In this document: positions 14,401 through 26,400 of the stretch, one piece after another
How the letters are laid out: each line of letters starts with the position of its first letter
How positions within the stretch are numbered: the stretch's first letter is position 1
NCBI GenBank assembly: GCA_030324005.1
Contig: JARDVH010000115.1
Span: 38,374,456 to 38,438,455, forward strand
DNA length: 64,000 bases
Reading direction: 5' to 3'
Source: Negaprion brevirostris
Taxonomy: Eukaryota
Position numbers and translations under genes: made by a program
The notes under the pieces: generated by a model
The model's input: only the letters and a program-made list of their open reading frames with translations
Told to the model about the DNA's origin: nothing
The model's database searches: none

Positions 14401-17400
14401 GTCTGTAGCTTTTGAGACTTGATTAGCTGTAAAGAATTGCATTCCAGTCATAATTCTGTAAATTGAGTTTGTGTCTTTTATATGCCCTGTTTGTGATTAG
14501 AACTTCCACTCACCTGATGAAGGGGCAGCTAGTGGTTTTTGCTACCAAATAAACCTGTTGGACTTTAACCTGGTGTTGTGAGTCTACTTACTGTGACCAC
14601 CTATCCTGGTCAGCCAGGGATGGCACAGTAATTTGCACTGCTGCTTCTCAGCACCATAGACCTGGGTTTGATTCCAGCCTTGGGTGTGGAGTTTGCACAT
14701 TCTCCTTGTGCCTGCGTGGGGTTCTTTTGAATGCTCTGGTTTTGTCTTAAAAGTCCAAAGATGTGTAGGTTGGGTGGATTGGCCATGCTAAATTGACTTT
14801 TAATGTTGTAAGACCTGTAGGGGCTAGCAGGGTAAATACTTGGTTATGGGGATAAGATAGGTGGGTGAGCCTAGGTATAGATGCTGTGTCGGAGAGTTGG
14901 TTTAACTTGGACTGAATAACCTCCATCTGCACTGTAGGGGTTCTATGGAAAAGCCCAAGGCTTTCCACTTTTAGTTTCACATGTGGCTATTTCAGTATCA
15001 TGTCAGCAGCTGCTATTTCAGCAGTATGTCAGCGGCTTATTTTTACATCTTGTGCGCAATACTTTATTCTTGCTTACATTATATTTCATCAGCCATCACC
15101 TCATTTGCATTTTGAAGCATCCTGAAGAATCTAGATCAGTAGCAAGAGATGAGAAGCCATTTTTGTTGATGGAATGACCAACTAATTTGTAACATTTTAC
15201 GATAACTTTTGCCATTAAGTACTTGGAGCTATAGAAAAGATAAGACAGAGGCCATTCAGTCTGACTCTCCCGGCCAAAGAAGAAAGAAAAAGCAACTAGC
15301 TGCCCATTCTAATCCCATCTTCCAGCACCTGATTTGTAACATTGCAGGTTACAACACTTGGTGTAGATCCAGGTACCTTTTTAAAATTGAGGGTTTCTGC
15401 CTCCACCACCAAACCAAACTAGGCCTCCAACATTGTATGCCTTGTTGGAGAAGAGTGATTTCCTATTTTATGTCCACAAGCAGCCTTATAGGAAAACTAT
15501 TCTGTTGGGTTAGAAAACTCTGTTCTGCATACCACTCAAATCAGCTGCCATTGAGGTTACGTGGGATTATCATACCTCAAGTTTCTCTTGGTGTTCAAAC
15601 GCATGTCAAAGGCTCATTATCAGCTGTAAACTTGAATATTTTTGTAGTTCAGAATAATAAAAAGCACCATTTTCGTCTTGGATGTTGCAAATATAAAATT
15701 TGAATCCTTCACCTTTTCCAGATGGGCATGTATGGCCTAGTAATATTTTGGCACTTCTTCATTTTGTTGCTATGGGACATTTTTCTAGTTGTAGCAAATA
15801 TTTCAGATATGCCTGAATTTTTCCACATTGAAAAATTGCATTAAAGAGAGGATTTTCAGGAGTTGAGGAACTTTCAAGTTTGTGATTTAAATTTGAGACA
15901 GTGGAGTTTGCTTTGCATTCATTGTGTCTCATTTTTAGCAGTGAATATTTTGTTGTCATTTCTGGAAAAAGGTCAACGATAGTAATGATTTGACATTTCA
16001 GATTGAAATCCAGTATCTAATTGATTTGCTGAGATTCTGGTGAGCAGTTCTTTGTTACCCTTATCCTACTTCATATTTTAAGATTTGCTTTGCAATTGGA
16101 TTCTTGCAGATGAGCCAGCCCAGGATGTTCGCAGTATCAAAGAACACGTTGAATCTGTTCAAACGGTTATTAAGAAACAAGAACCAGTGCTTCTGTTGGT
16201 GGAAGCTAAACCACATGAAAGTGGACTTGGGAAAAGAAAAACGGCACCTAAAAAACAAAGAGTAGAACCAGGTCAGTATTTTTGTGTTGGGTATTCTCTT
16301 TACTAAAAGAAAATCCACCATTTCAAAGAAATACATCAATTTCCACTTTTGTGTTGCAGTTTCAGCTTCAGTAGAGAATCTCCCATTGAAGTCCACAGTC
16401 TATGTTGCTTTAGATAATGCTGAGGGTGGTGGTCATGTTGAAAAGAGGGATATTGTGGTTGATGACAAAGGCCAAGTAATCAGCAGTGGAATGCAAAAGC
16501 CTGCTTCCAAGAAACAGAGGAATGAATATGATAAAGGTAATCTGCTATTCATTCTTGTATATTGGCAATGGCAGTAACAATTTCAATTCTTGAGTATGGA
16601 ATAGTATTTTGGGTACATGGGATACTTTTGGAACAAAAGCTTGTCAGATACACTCCAGCCAACTCTAAGACGACAATTTATTTTACTGAATGTTGTCTCT
16701 GCTTTATCTAGTTACAAAAGTTGCAACAAATCATAAGCATACTATATAATAGTGGAGTCATTCTGGACTCTGCTGGCTTTAAAGGAGCAGTCGGGGCCCT
16801 GCATTAAATGATAATAGTGTTGGCTGTTAACCTGCAATCACTGGAGAGGAGAACGAAGTGTTGATTGGCTTTTTATGTTTAAATCTCTACAATATTGTTT
16901 GTAAATGGATTAATCCATGTCATTAACCAAATTGGAAATGATTTTCTGTAACCCTCTGGATCAGTTATTATAGTTGTCAAGCCAGCTGCCTGTAACAGAA
17001 TATTGTAAATCACTTTGTGACTATCTTCACTACTACGGAAGTGCAAATGCAGTTGAGTTGTTTTTGACTTTAGCCAAGCTTTTCAACGTTTTAACTGTTT
17101 CAAGTTGTGCTTGTAGTTTGGCTTCATGTTTGATTATTGCCTCTTGAGAGCTTTCAGTTGCTAAATATGGTCACCGAGAGACTTGTATGCTGATCTCAAT
17201 CAATTTGCTTTAGTGAATAGATTTATGTTTGGGGAAGGGTCACAGTGCATTGAAGGACTGATGTATAGCAGTGATTTTTTTTTTAGTGGTGTCTTTCTCT
17301 GTGGTGATTAAACCAGAGCTCTTGCTTTCATACACCTAAGATTTGCTGGAAATATTTGAGAATTTTTTCTGTGCAGTAGGGTTGTGGATTTTGAATATCA

Positions 17401-20400
17401 GTGCATTGATGTGTAAAAATGTATGCACATGTGGAGTCCATGGACAGGATCTGTAAAGTAATCTAAACACTCAAAACTGGATCAAAATATTCTGAGGGAT
17501 TGACAGAATTGATACTATTTACAAACCAAATTTAAATATAAGGACATGTGCTTTGTCATGCAAAACATTTGTGGCTGCATTTCCTCATGATTTTTCATAT
17601 TTTCTTAAATGATTGGGGCAGTGTAGTGTAGTTCATAATCTTTGTACCTGGGCCCCAAAGGTCCTTTAGTAGGACCTGTATGTTAGCAGCTTGTGTCAAG
17701 GACTCTTTATGCTGACACCTGGTGGCTTTGTACTGGAACTGCAAGTTGACTCTCTAGTGATGGGTTTGCATCTAAAATCACCTAACAGGAATTTAATATT
17801 GTACATTATCAATCACCGCGCAGTGTCGTCAGTCAAGTAAATGTTGACACTTTTAGATGGGTTTCCCATTGGCAGCTTGAAATTGAACATTTTTTGTGTT
17901 TTGAGCAGGGATGATGTGATCCATTCATTGTTTCTGATATATTATGGATGACGTTTTGATATTTAAAAATGAGAAATGATGAATATTGAGTAACCAGTGT
18001 GCTGCCTCACCTTGAGAGGTATTGTCTCCCTCAGATCAGTTGAGGTTGTTTTAGAGATCACCAAGTGAGCAATTTTGCCATCACTATCATCATTCATTTT
18101 GAAAAATGAAAAAATTATCCTGGTGGTGTCAACGTCAGTATCTCGATTCTAGTATCCCAACCATTTTGGATTACTTTTCTTTGCTCTGTTGGTTTTTATG
18201 TTATTTCAGTCTGCTATCTGTCTTTGAAAGGCAAAGTTGCAAGGGAATCATCTGTGGAAAAGGGGGAGGGGGTGAGTTGCTTGCCATTTCAGACCTTTTA
18301 CTTTTTATGAATTTGTGCATGTACCTTGTTGATCATTTGTGTAGCCTAAAGGTGTTTGTTTTCATAACTTCCGTTTACTGTAGAGCACGGTATATTTCTG
18401 TGCTTTGTGAATGTGAGTCTTGCTGTTCCTAAGTCTAATTCCTACATGACAATTTTTTTTGCCCCTTTTAGAGGAGGTTATGTTGTCAGAATTGTCATTT
18501 TAGAACATGAACAGATTTTCATATGTTCCCATATACTTTTCACGCTGTGTTCATGGAGCTGAAATTGGTCATTCGTGAGCATCGTGTTAGTAAAGAGGCT
18601 GTTGATTTGTACTTTTCTGGGTTAAGAACTGCCAGTACATCTCAGTCCAGATATGGGGCGCTATGCCTAGAATTGCCATCATCTCAGGATCTATGTAGTT
18701 TTCCTTGTTCTTCCATTTTAAACATTTTATCTTTCGCATATGGCATTCACTAGGCTGATACTGGAGATGAGGGGGTTAGACTATTAAGAGAGACTAAATA
18801 AATTGGGTCTGTACTCGTGGGAGTTTAGAAGGTTGAGGGGGGATCTATAGAGACGTATAAGATAATGAAAGGGATGGATAGGGTAGAGGTAGAGAGATTC
18901 TTCCCGCTCAAAGGACAGCAGGACTAGAGGGCACAGCCTCAAGATAAGGGGGGGGTGCAGTTTAGATCAGAGTTGAGGAGGAACTTCTTCACTCAAAGGG
19001 TGGTGAATCTCTGGAATTCTCTGCCCATTGAAGTGGTGGAGGCTACCTCACTAAATATATCTAAGTCACGGGTAGATAGGTTTTTGATAGACAGGGGAAT
19101 TAAGGATTATACGGAGAAAGCAGGAAAGTGGAACTGATCCACTTCAAATCAGCCATGATTTTATTGAATGGCGGGGCAGGCTCGAAGGGCTAGATGGCCT
19201 ACTCCTATTTCTTATGTTCTTATGCTCTTGTCATCATAGTATTTATATGGTAGTCCCAATTAAGTTTCTGGTCAAAGATAACTCCGAGCATGCTGCTGAT
19301 GGGGGTTTCAGCAATGGTAATATTGTTAAATATCAAAGGGAGATGGTTATATACTCCCTTGTGAAGGTATCATTGCCTGGCATTTGTGTGGTGCGAATGT
19401 TGCTTGCTACTTATCAGTCCAAGCCTGAATTTTGTTCAGGTACTGCTTCAGCATCTGAGGGGTTGCAAATGGCATTGAGCACTGTGCATCATTGGAAAAC
19501 ATCCCCATTTCTGACCTTACAATGGAAGGAAGCAGAAGATGCTTGGGCTTAAAACATTAATGTCAGGAGCTTCTGGAGCAATGTTGTGAGGCTGAGATAG
19601 TTACTCAACAACCAAAATCATCTTTCTTGGGATAGAAGCAGCACTGCAACAGAAGTCCCCTTTTGTGAGATCACAAAATCCTACTCAGTGAACTTATTGC
19701 TGAGGATCTACCCATTACACACTGAGACCACTTGTGTGATCTACAGACAGGGTCTCATGACGTTAGATGTGGAAACCTTTTATTCACAAGTTCTGCCCCG
19801 TAAAGCAAAACAGCATTTCTGAGAGGTCCCCTTTAAACTCAGCCTCAACTGCACAATCTTCATGGCACCAGTATAACATTTCAATTCTAGTTATCTTTAC
19901 AAGCTGTCTGAGCAAAGCTGACAAGCAGTGGTGGATTAAGAGCAGTTTTATACCAATATTTCAAGATGGCCCAAATTCACTTCCACTGCCCCTCCTATGA
20001 GATTTCTAATTACTGGGATGTTGAGAAGAGGCGCTGAGTGAGTGAGTGAGAGAGCGAGTGAGGAAGGGGTTTGGGAAGAATCCTGCTGACTGAATGGAAG
20101 AGGAGGGAGTTGGGAAGAGGGGCTGCTGAGATAGTCAATGGGTGACGTTTGGGAAGAGGAGCTGGTGGGGGAGTGAGCGGGGAAGGGGTTGGGAAGAGGG
20201 ACTGCTGAGTGAGTGAAGGAAGGGAGTTTGGAAGAGAGATGAGTGACTGAGTGTTAGAAAGAGCAGCTGTTGAGTGAGTTGGGGGAGGTGGTTGAGAAGA
20301 GGCTGGTGAGTGGACAACATGGGTTTGGAAAGAGGAGTTGGTGGATGGGTTTGTGTGAAGGGAGGTCGGAAGAGGGGCTGCTGCGAAAGTGTGCGCGGAG

Positions 20401-23400
20401 ATTGGGATTTGGGAAGAGAGGGTGGTATTTGCGTGAATATGTGTTTGGGGTAGAGAGATGGAATGAGAAGGTGTGTTTGTGTGGGCAGGACTAATGGTAG
20501 TGGAACAAGCATTGTTGTCACCTGGGTATATGGAGATAGCTGAAATCCAAAAGTAATTTTGAAACAGACTTTCAAATTTATCTGATGAACATGTCACTGG
20601 ATAATTAGTGTAGGAAGAAGGACATTGGATTTCTGAGCCACTAGGCCCAGTTTTGGGCCATGTTGGACCTGTACAAGCTGTAAAGGTTACACCTTAATCA
20701 GGTCAGGACCAACATCCTTGCAGGAAGATTTGCTAGTGCTGTTGGAGAGGATTTAAACTTCAGCAGGTTGGGAACCTGTGGGGTAGCTCAGAGAATTGTA
20801 AGATAATAGGTGGAGTTGGAATAAAGAAGAAAGTAATGAAGTCCAAATCAAAGTTATGCTGAATGTATGCGAATGTACAGTGTATAGTAAATAATATTGC
20901 TGAGTTACAGGCCCAGATTACCATGTGGAATTATGTTGTGGCGATAATGAAATTTAAGAAAGGACAGGACTGGATGTTAAATATTCCTAAGTACAAGATG
21001 TTTGGAGAAGATAAGAAGGACACAGAGAGGGGATGTGGGGGTCCAAGTACATAAATCACAAAAGGTTAGCATGCAAGTTCAACAGGTTATTGGGGAGACA
21101 AATGGAATGTTGGTCTTTATTTCAAAGGGAATGGAGTAGAAAAATAGGAAAGTCTTGCTAAAATGCTAAAAGGCACTGCTTAGACCACACCTGGAATACT
21201 GTTAACAGTTTTGGCCCCATTGTCTAGGAAAGACTGGCATTGGAGGCAGTAAGAGATCTCGCAACACCAGGTTAAAATCCTACAGGTTTATTGGGTAGCA
21301 CAAGTCACAAGCTTTCAGAGTGCTGCTCTTCATCAGTTGAGTGGGAGTTCTGTTCACAAACAGGGCATATAAAGACANNNNNNNNNNNNNNTTATTTTGA
21401 GTTTTGTGTCTTTATACGCCCTGTTTGTGAACAGAACTCCCACTCAATTGATGAAGGAGCAGTGCTCTGAAGGCTCGTGGCTTGTGCTACAAATAAATTT
21501 GTTGGACTTCAACCTGGTGTTGTGAGACTTCTTACTGTGCTTACCCCAGTCCAATGCCAGCATCTCCACATCATTGGAGGCAGGCTAGAGAAGGTTCACT
21601 AGTTTAATCCTGAGTTTGGAGGGATTTTCTTACGAGGAGTGATGAAGTAGGTTGGGCTAGTACTCACTGCAGTTTAGAAGAATGAGAGGCACCCTTATTG
21701 AGGCATATAAGATTCTCTGGGGGCTTGATAGGGTAGATGCTAAAAGATTGTTTCCCCTAATGGAAGAGACTAGGACCAGAGGGCATAATCTCAGAGAAAG
21801 GCGGTCACCCATTTAAGACAGATACGAGGAGGAATTTCATCTCAGAGGGTAGTGAATCTGTGGAATTCTTTACTACAGAAAGCTATAGAGGCCGGGTCAT
21901 TAAGTATGTTCAAAGCTTAGATGTACAGATTTTTAATCAGTATGACAATCAAAAGTTGTGGAATACAGCAGGAAAATGGAGTTGAGGATTATATCAGATC
22001 AGTCATGATCTCATTGAGTGGTGGAGCAGACTCACTGGGCCAAATGGCCTATTTCTGCTTTTACATCTTATGATCTTATCAGTTGTCAGTGGGGAACACT
22101 TAGAAGACAGTGATCATTGTACCGCAAGATTTAGCATGACAGTAGAAAAGGACAATGAGCTTTCCAGGGTAGGAGAAAGCCAACTTCAATGGGATGGGAA
22201 TGGAGTTGGCCAGATGAAATGCAATGAAAGATTGGCAGAAGAAACTCTGACTGAACGATGGGCCACCTTCAAAGAAGAAATGGTTTGGTCACCATCAAAG
22301 TATATTCCCTCAAAAGCAAAAGGTAGGGCAAACAAGTCCAGAGTTCACTGGATGAAAAAGGAGATATAAATTAAGATAAACAAGAAAAATTGTGCTTATG
22401 AAAGACTTAAGGGTAGAAAATACAATTGAGACCCAGGCCCACAAGGGAGGTGAAAAAGCACAGAAGAGAAGGGAAGAGGAATAATGAAAAAAGACCTGCA
22501 GTCAACATAAAGGGGAACAGCAAAGTGGAGCAGAGTTTCCATTCATTTGTACTTGGCATGCATTTCCGAAATATCTGCTCTTGGTCACCCATGAAAACAG
22601 ACAGTGGCTTCAGAAGCTGTGATCAGCTACTTCAGGTTTGAGAATTTGAAAAGAGATGCCAGCAACCACTTCAGGCCCATAGCAATAAGGATTTTGACAG
22701 AAGCCAGAACACTGAGTGCCTGTTGAGAATTTGCATTCTTTTAGGCCTTTCAGACAGCAGCTTTCTGGGCCATCCAGCCATTCATTAGGCATTTCCAGTT
22801 GAAAACCTGGCTACATGAACGAGCTGATCTCAGAAATTTATGAAGCTGAATCTTAAGTGGGGGAGGGGGATGGTGGGAGTGAAACAGAGGAAAAATGGCC
22901 TCTCCTACTCTTTACACACTATATCACATCATACACATACAAATAACCATTTTATACAACCAAATACTTACAGTTGTTAGCAACAGCGAGACCAATAAAT
23001 GCACAAATGGGCCGGATTACTTCTTGTCTGATGCATTTCTGCAGGCAGTCTTTTGCAAATGGAAAGGCTGCTGTACACAGTCTCTGGTTCTCTTCTGTAA
23101 CAGTCAATGTAGATGACACAAAGCACAAGTGAATTCAACAATATTAAAATTCCTTTTACTAAGCCAGTTTTCTCCCTCCCCCCATACGGATGATGACTAA
23201 TGCAATATTACAGTTTCACCAGTATTGAGTGCCCTCTGGTGCTTTTTCTATGTAGCTATTCTTTGTCAACCTAGACGCTGAGTGATGGCAGGCTATTCAC
23301 CAGACATCTTGGCCAAGCCTGCACTGTCTTCAACCAATGATACAAATTTTCTCGATAACAACTGGTAGTGGGAATTGATTTCTATTACCTAGCTGAGGGG

Positions 23401-26400
23401 TTTTGAGGCTAATCATAGAACTTTATTGTTATTCTTCAGAGCAACTGACTCAAATTGTGTTTTTTTTATTTTAATCTTTGCTGCCATGACCAGCTCAAAT
23501 AAGCAGCAGGCAATCGTTTGGCAGATTTATCTATAAGCGTACTTGTCAGGGCCTTGCTCCAAGTCCTCGTGAGAACATGAAATAGTTAACAGCAGTGAGA
23601 ACTTTCCATGTAAAGAGCAGGTCATTCTAAGTGTTCAATAAAATCAAATCATCCTGTTGTAGGCTCATTGGGTGAATGGACCAGAAGCCATAACTGCACC
23701 GTGCCAACAAAGTTCTTAAGTTTTAAAGCTGATCTCTGTTAAATTAGCAGATTATTATTATTGTTACGATTATCTACAGCATCCCTGAACTACAGAAGAG
23801 TTATAAGTAAACCAGGGTTATTTCTATTGAACTTTATCCAACAACTGCCAACTGGAAATCCACATCTTGTCAGCTCAGATGTGGTTCTGATTTTCCTCAG
23901 ACAAAAACTTGCCAATAATCACTGTCTTACACACATACAAGAAATGGCCACACTTCGGCAATACGCTTGAGTCGAGTGGAAACTAGAAATATGAAGAATG
24001 ATGAATCGTAAGGCAATCTTCATGAAAAGGTAGTAGTGCCACAGTTAAAATAAGCATAGCTTCTCTTTAACCATTATACAAAAATCCTGTTGTGGATGGT
24101 CTGGAAGGATGGCAAAAGTTGCAGCAGGACATAGATAGGATGCAGGACTGGGCGGAGAAGTGGCNNNNNNNNNNNNNNNNNNNNNNNNNNNNNNNNNNNN
24201 NNNNNNNNNNNNNNNNNNNNNNNNNNNNNNNNNNNNNNNNNNNNNNNNNNNNNNNNNNNNNNNNAATGGCGGGGCAGGCTCGAAGGGCTAGATGGCCTAC
24301 TCCTGCTCCTATTTCTTATGTTCATAAAGAACTAGTTCTTGTCACTGACCCAACAGCCAAGATCTGGACTTACTTAAACAGTTGAAAGTGTCCTCTATGC
24401 AGTCATTGATCTGGATACCTGCTCCACAATCCCCAGATGGCAAATGCATTGTATCTACCTCCCCCTTAAGATCTCAGTTCTCCGTTTGACATGTCAGCCA
24501 AACTCAACATCCCATTAAGCTTTGTGCCATGCTGAAGTATTTATCGCATTATCTTGATTTCCTTTCTGGTCCATTAGTGCTTAAAATGAAGCTTTGTCAC
24601 AACTTAAAACATTATTCCAATGCAGAAGCACTATCTGATCACCTATTAGTCAATGAAAACTTGTAGATTTTCTGCTTCAGTTCTTCATGCCCTTGTTCCT
24701 AATCTGGCTGTTGCAAGTTAACAAATGGTGCATGGTGGCTGTAACCCACAATTGTCTCCTAGTTTCTGCTGGCACCAGTACCACTACATGTGCAGACAAA
24801 AATCTATTTCATCTTTCATGTATTCATTCCATGTGGAAACTGGCAACAGGTATGTGCTGCCAGCTTCACCTGGCTATGTCAAATTTTGTTATGGTTCCAC
24901 TAAGTGAATGGAAGGTTAACTTATCCTGGTAAATTGGAAATCAATGCATATTGGATTCCAAGCTTCAACTATTTTAACCACAACGTAACTGTGCTCTGCT
25001 GAATTTAATTGATGGCTATTGAGCACATTGGTGATGCAGAACACAGGCCAGTACCTTTTCAGCTGGCTTGTGCTTTGCCGCCTTTCATTACTGACAGCCC
25101 TGTCAACAAAATATTCCACTTACAAGTAGAAATGTGCTGACATTTTTTTTTTTTTGCACTAGTTACAGAAGTTTAACCTACTGCCCACCTCTCAAAGTTC
25201 ATTGTATTTTATTCTAATGTGAATTTATAGCAGTTAGTGTTTTCAGTCATGGTCTTCAATGTGAATGTTTAATAAATGTAATTTCAAATGTTCAGTTAGT
25301 GTTTCAGGAGGCACACAATCGACTAAATGAACTTAAAACTGTGGTGCTGATTATACTTTTCAGAAAATGCAGATATCAAATTTAAGGATTTTCTCTCTTC
25401 TTTGAAAACTATGACATTCACTGAGGAGGAAGCTGTCCATGTTGTCGATATTCTGAAAGAGAAGGCTATGGTGCTTCAAGATATTTGGCAGAAAGTAAGT
25501 GACTGACTTATTTTCTTGATAAAACTATGGATGCAGTTGCCTAGCCAACAGTATCTACAGTTATTCTACTGTATCTAAGTTCCCCCTTGAATGGTTAGTG
25601 CTTTCACCTTCTCGGGAATTGCATGTTCACATGGTGGGAAATGCCCCTTCTTTGTCGTCTTTCCTAAACACTCTACCTAAAATATTCCATTGCATGCTCA
25701 GTATTTAGCCACTGTTTCTTATAGTTCCTAACTGACACTTACTGTGACATCTTATTTCTGCTTCAACTGTGTGTATCTTATAGATTTACCTTCTTTATTC
25801 AGGTCCTTGTGTGTGCAGTTTTCTGATCTCCAGTAGTTCTGAATCCAGAAGCAGGCAGCACGGTGGCACAGTAGTTAGCACTGTTACCTCACAGCGCCAG
25901 GGACCCAGGTTCGATTCCCGTCTTGGGTCACTGTCTGTGCAAAGTCTCTGTGTTCTGCATGGGTTTCCTCTGGATGCTCCAGTTTCCTCCCACAATCTGA
26001 AAGTCATGCTAGTTAGGTACATTGGTCATGCTATATTCTCCCTCAGTGTATCCAAATAGACACTGGAGTGGTGACTAGGGAATTTTACAATAACTTCGTT
26101 GCAGTGTTAATGTAAGCCTACTTGTGACTAATAAATAAATTTTTAACTTTTGACTATCTTTCCCTCTTTACCTTTTGCAATCTGTCTCCTGATTCCTCCC
26201 TGTTGTCCTAGGGTATAGCATTGTGGTTATTTTACTGCATCAATAATAAAGTGCTCCTGGAAATAAGTTTTTAAATCTCTCCAGGCCAGCTGGGGAGCTT
26301 AAAAATTCACTACTTAACTGAATTGTTGTTAAAGGGGTTTGAAAGGGTGGGAATATGTTTCCCTTGGGTGGAGAATCTAGAACATGCAGTCACATTGAAT

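Noticed and set aside
15209-15703. 164-aa + strand ORF
   Set aside because: Overlaps an antisense CR1 tail, has a non-ATG start and no recognisable protein features.
20010-20597. 195-aa and 146-aa Pro/Ser/Leu-rich minus-strand ORFs
   Set aside because: By-product of the low-complexity purine-rich repeat; no recognisable domain or gene structure.
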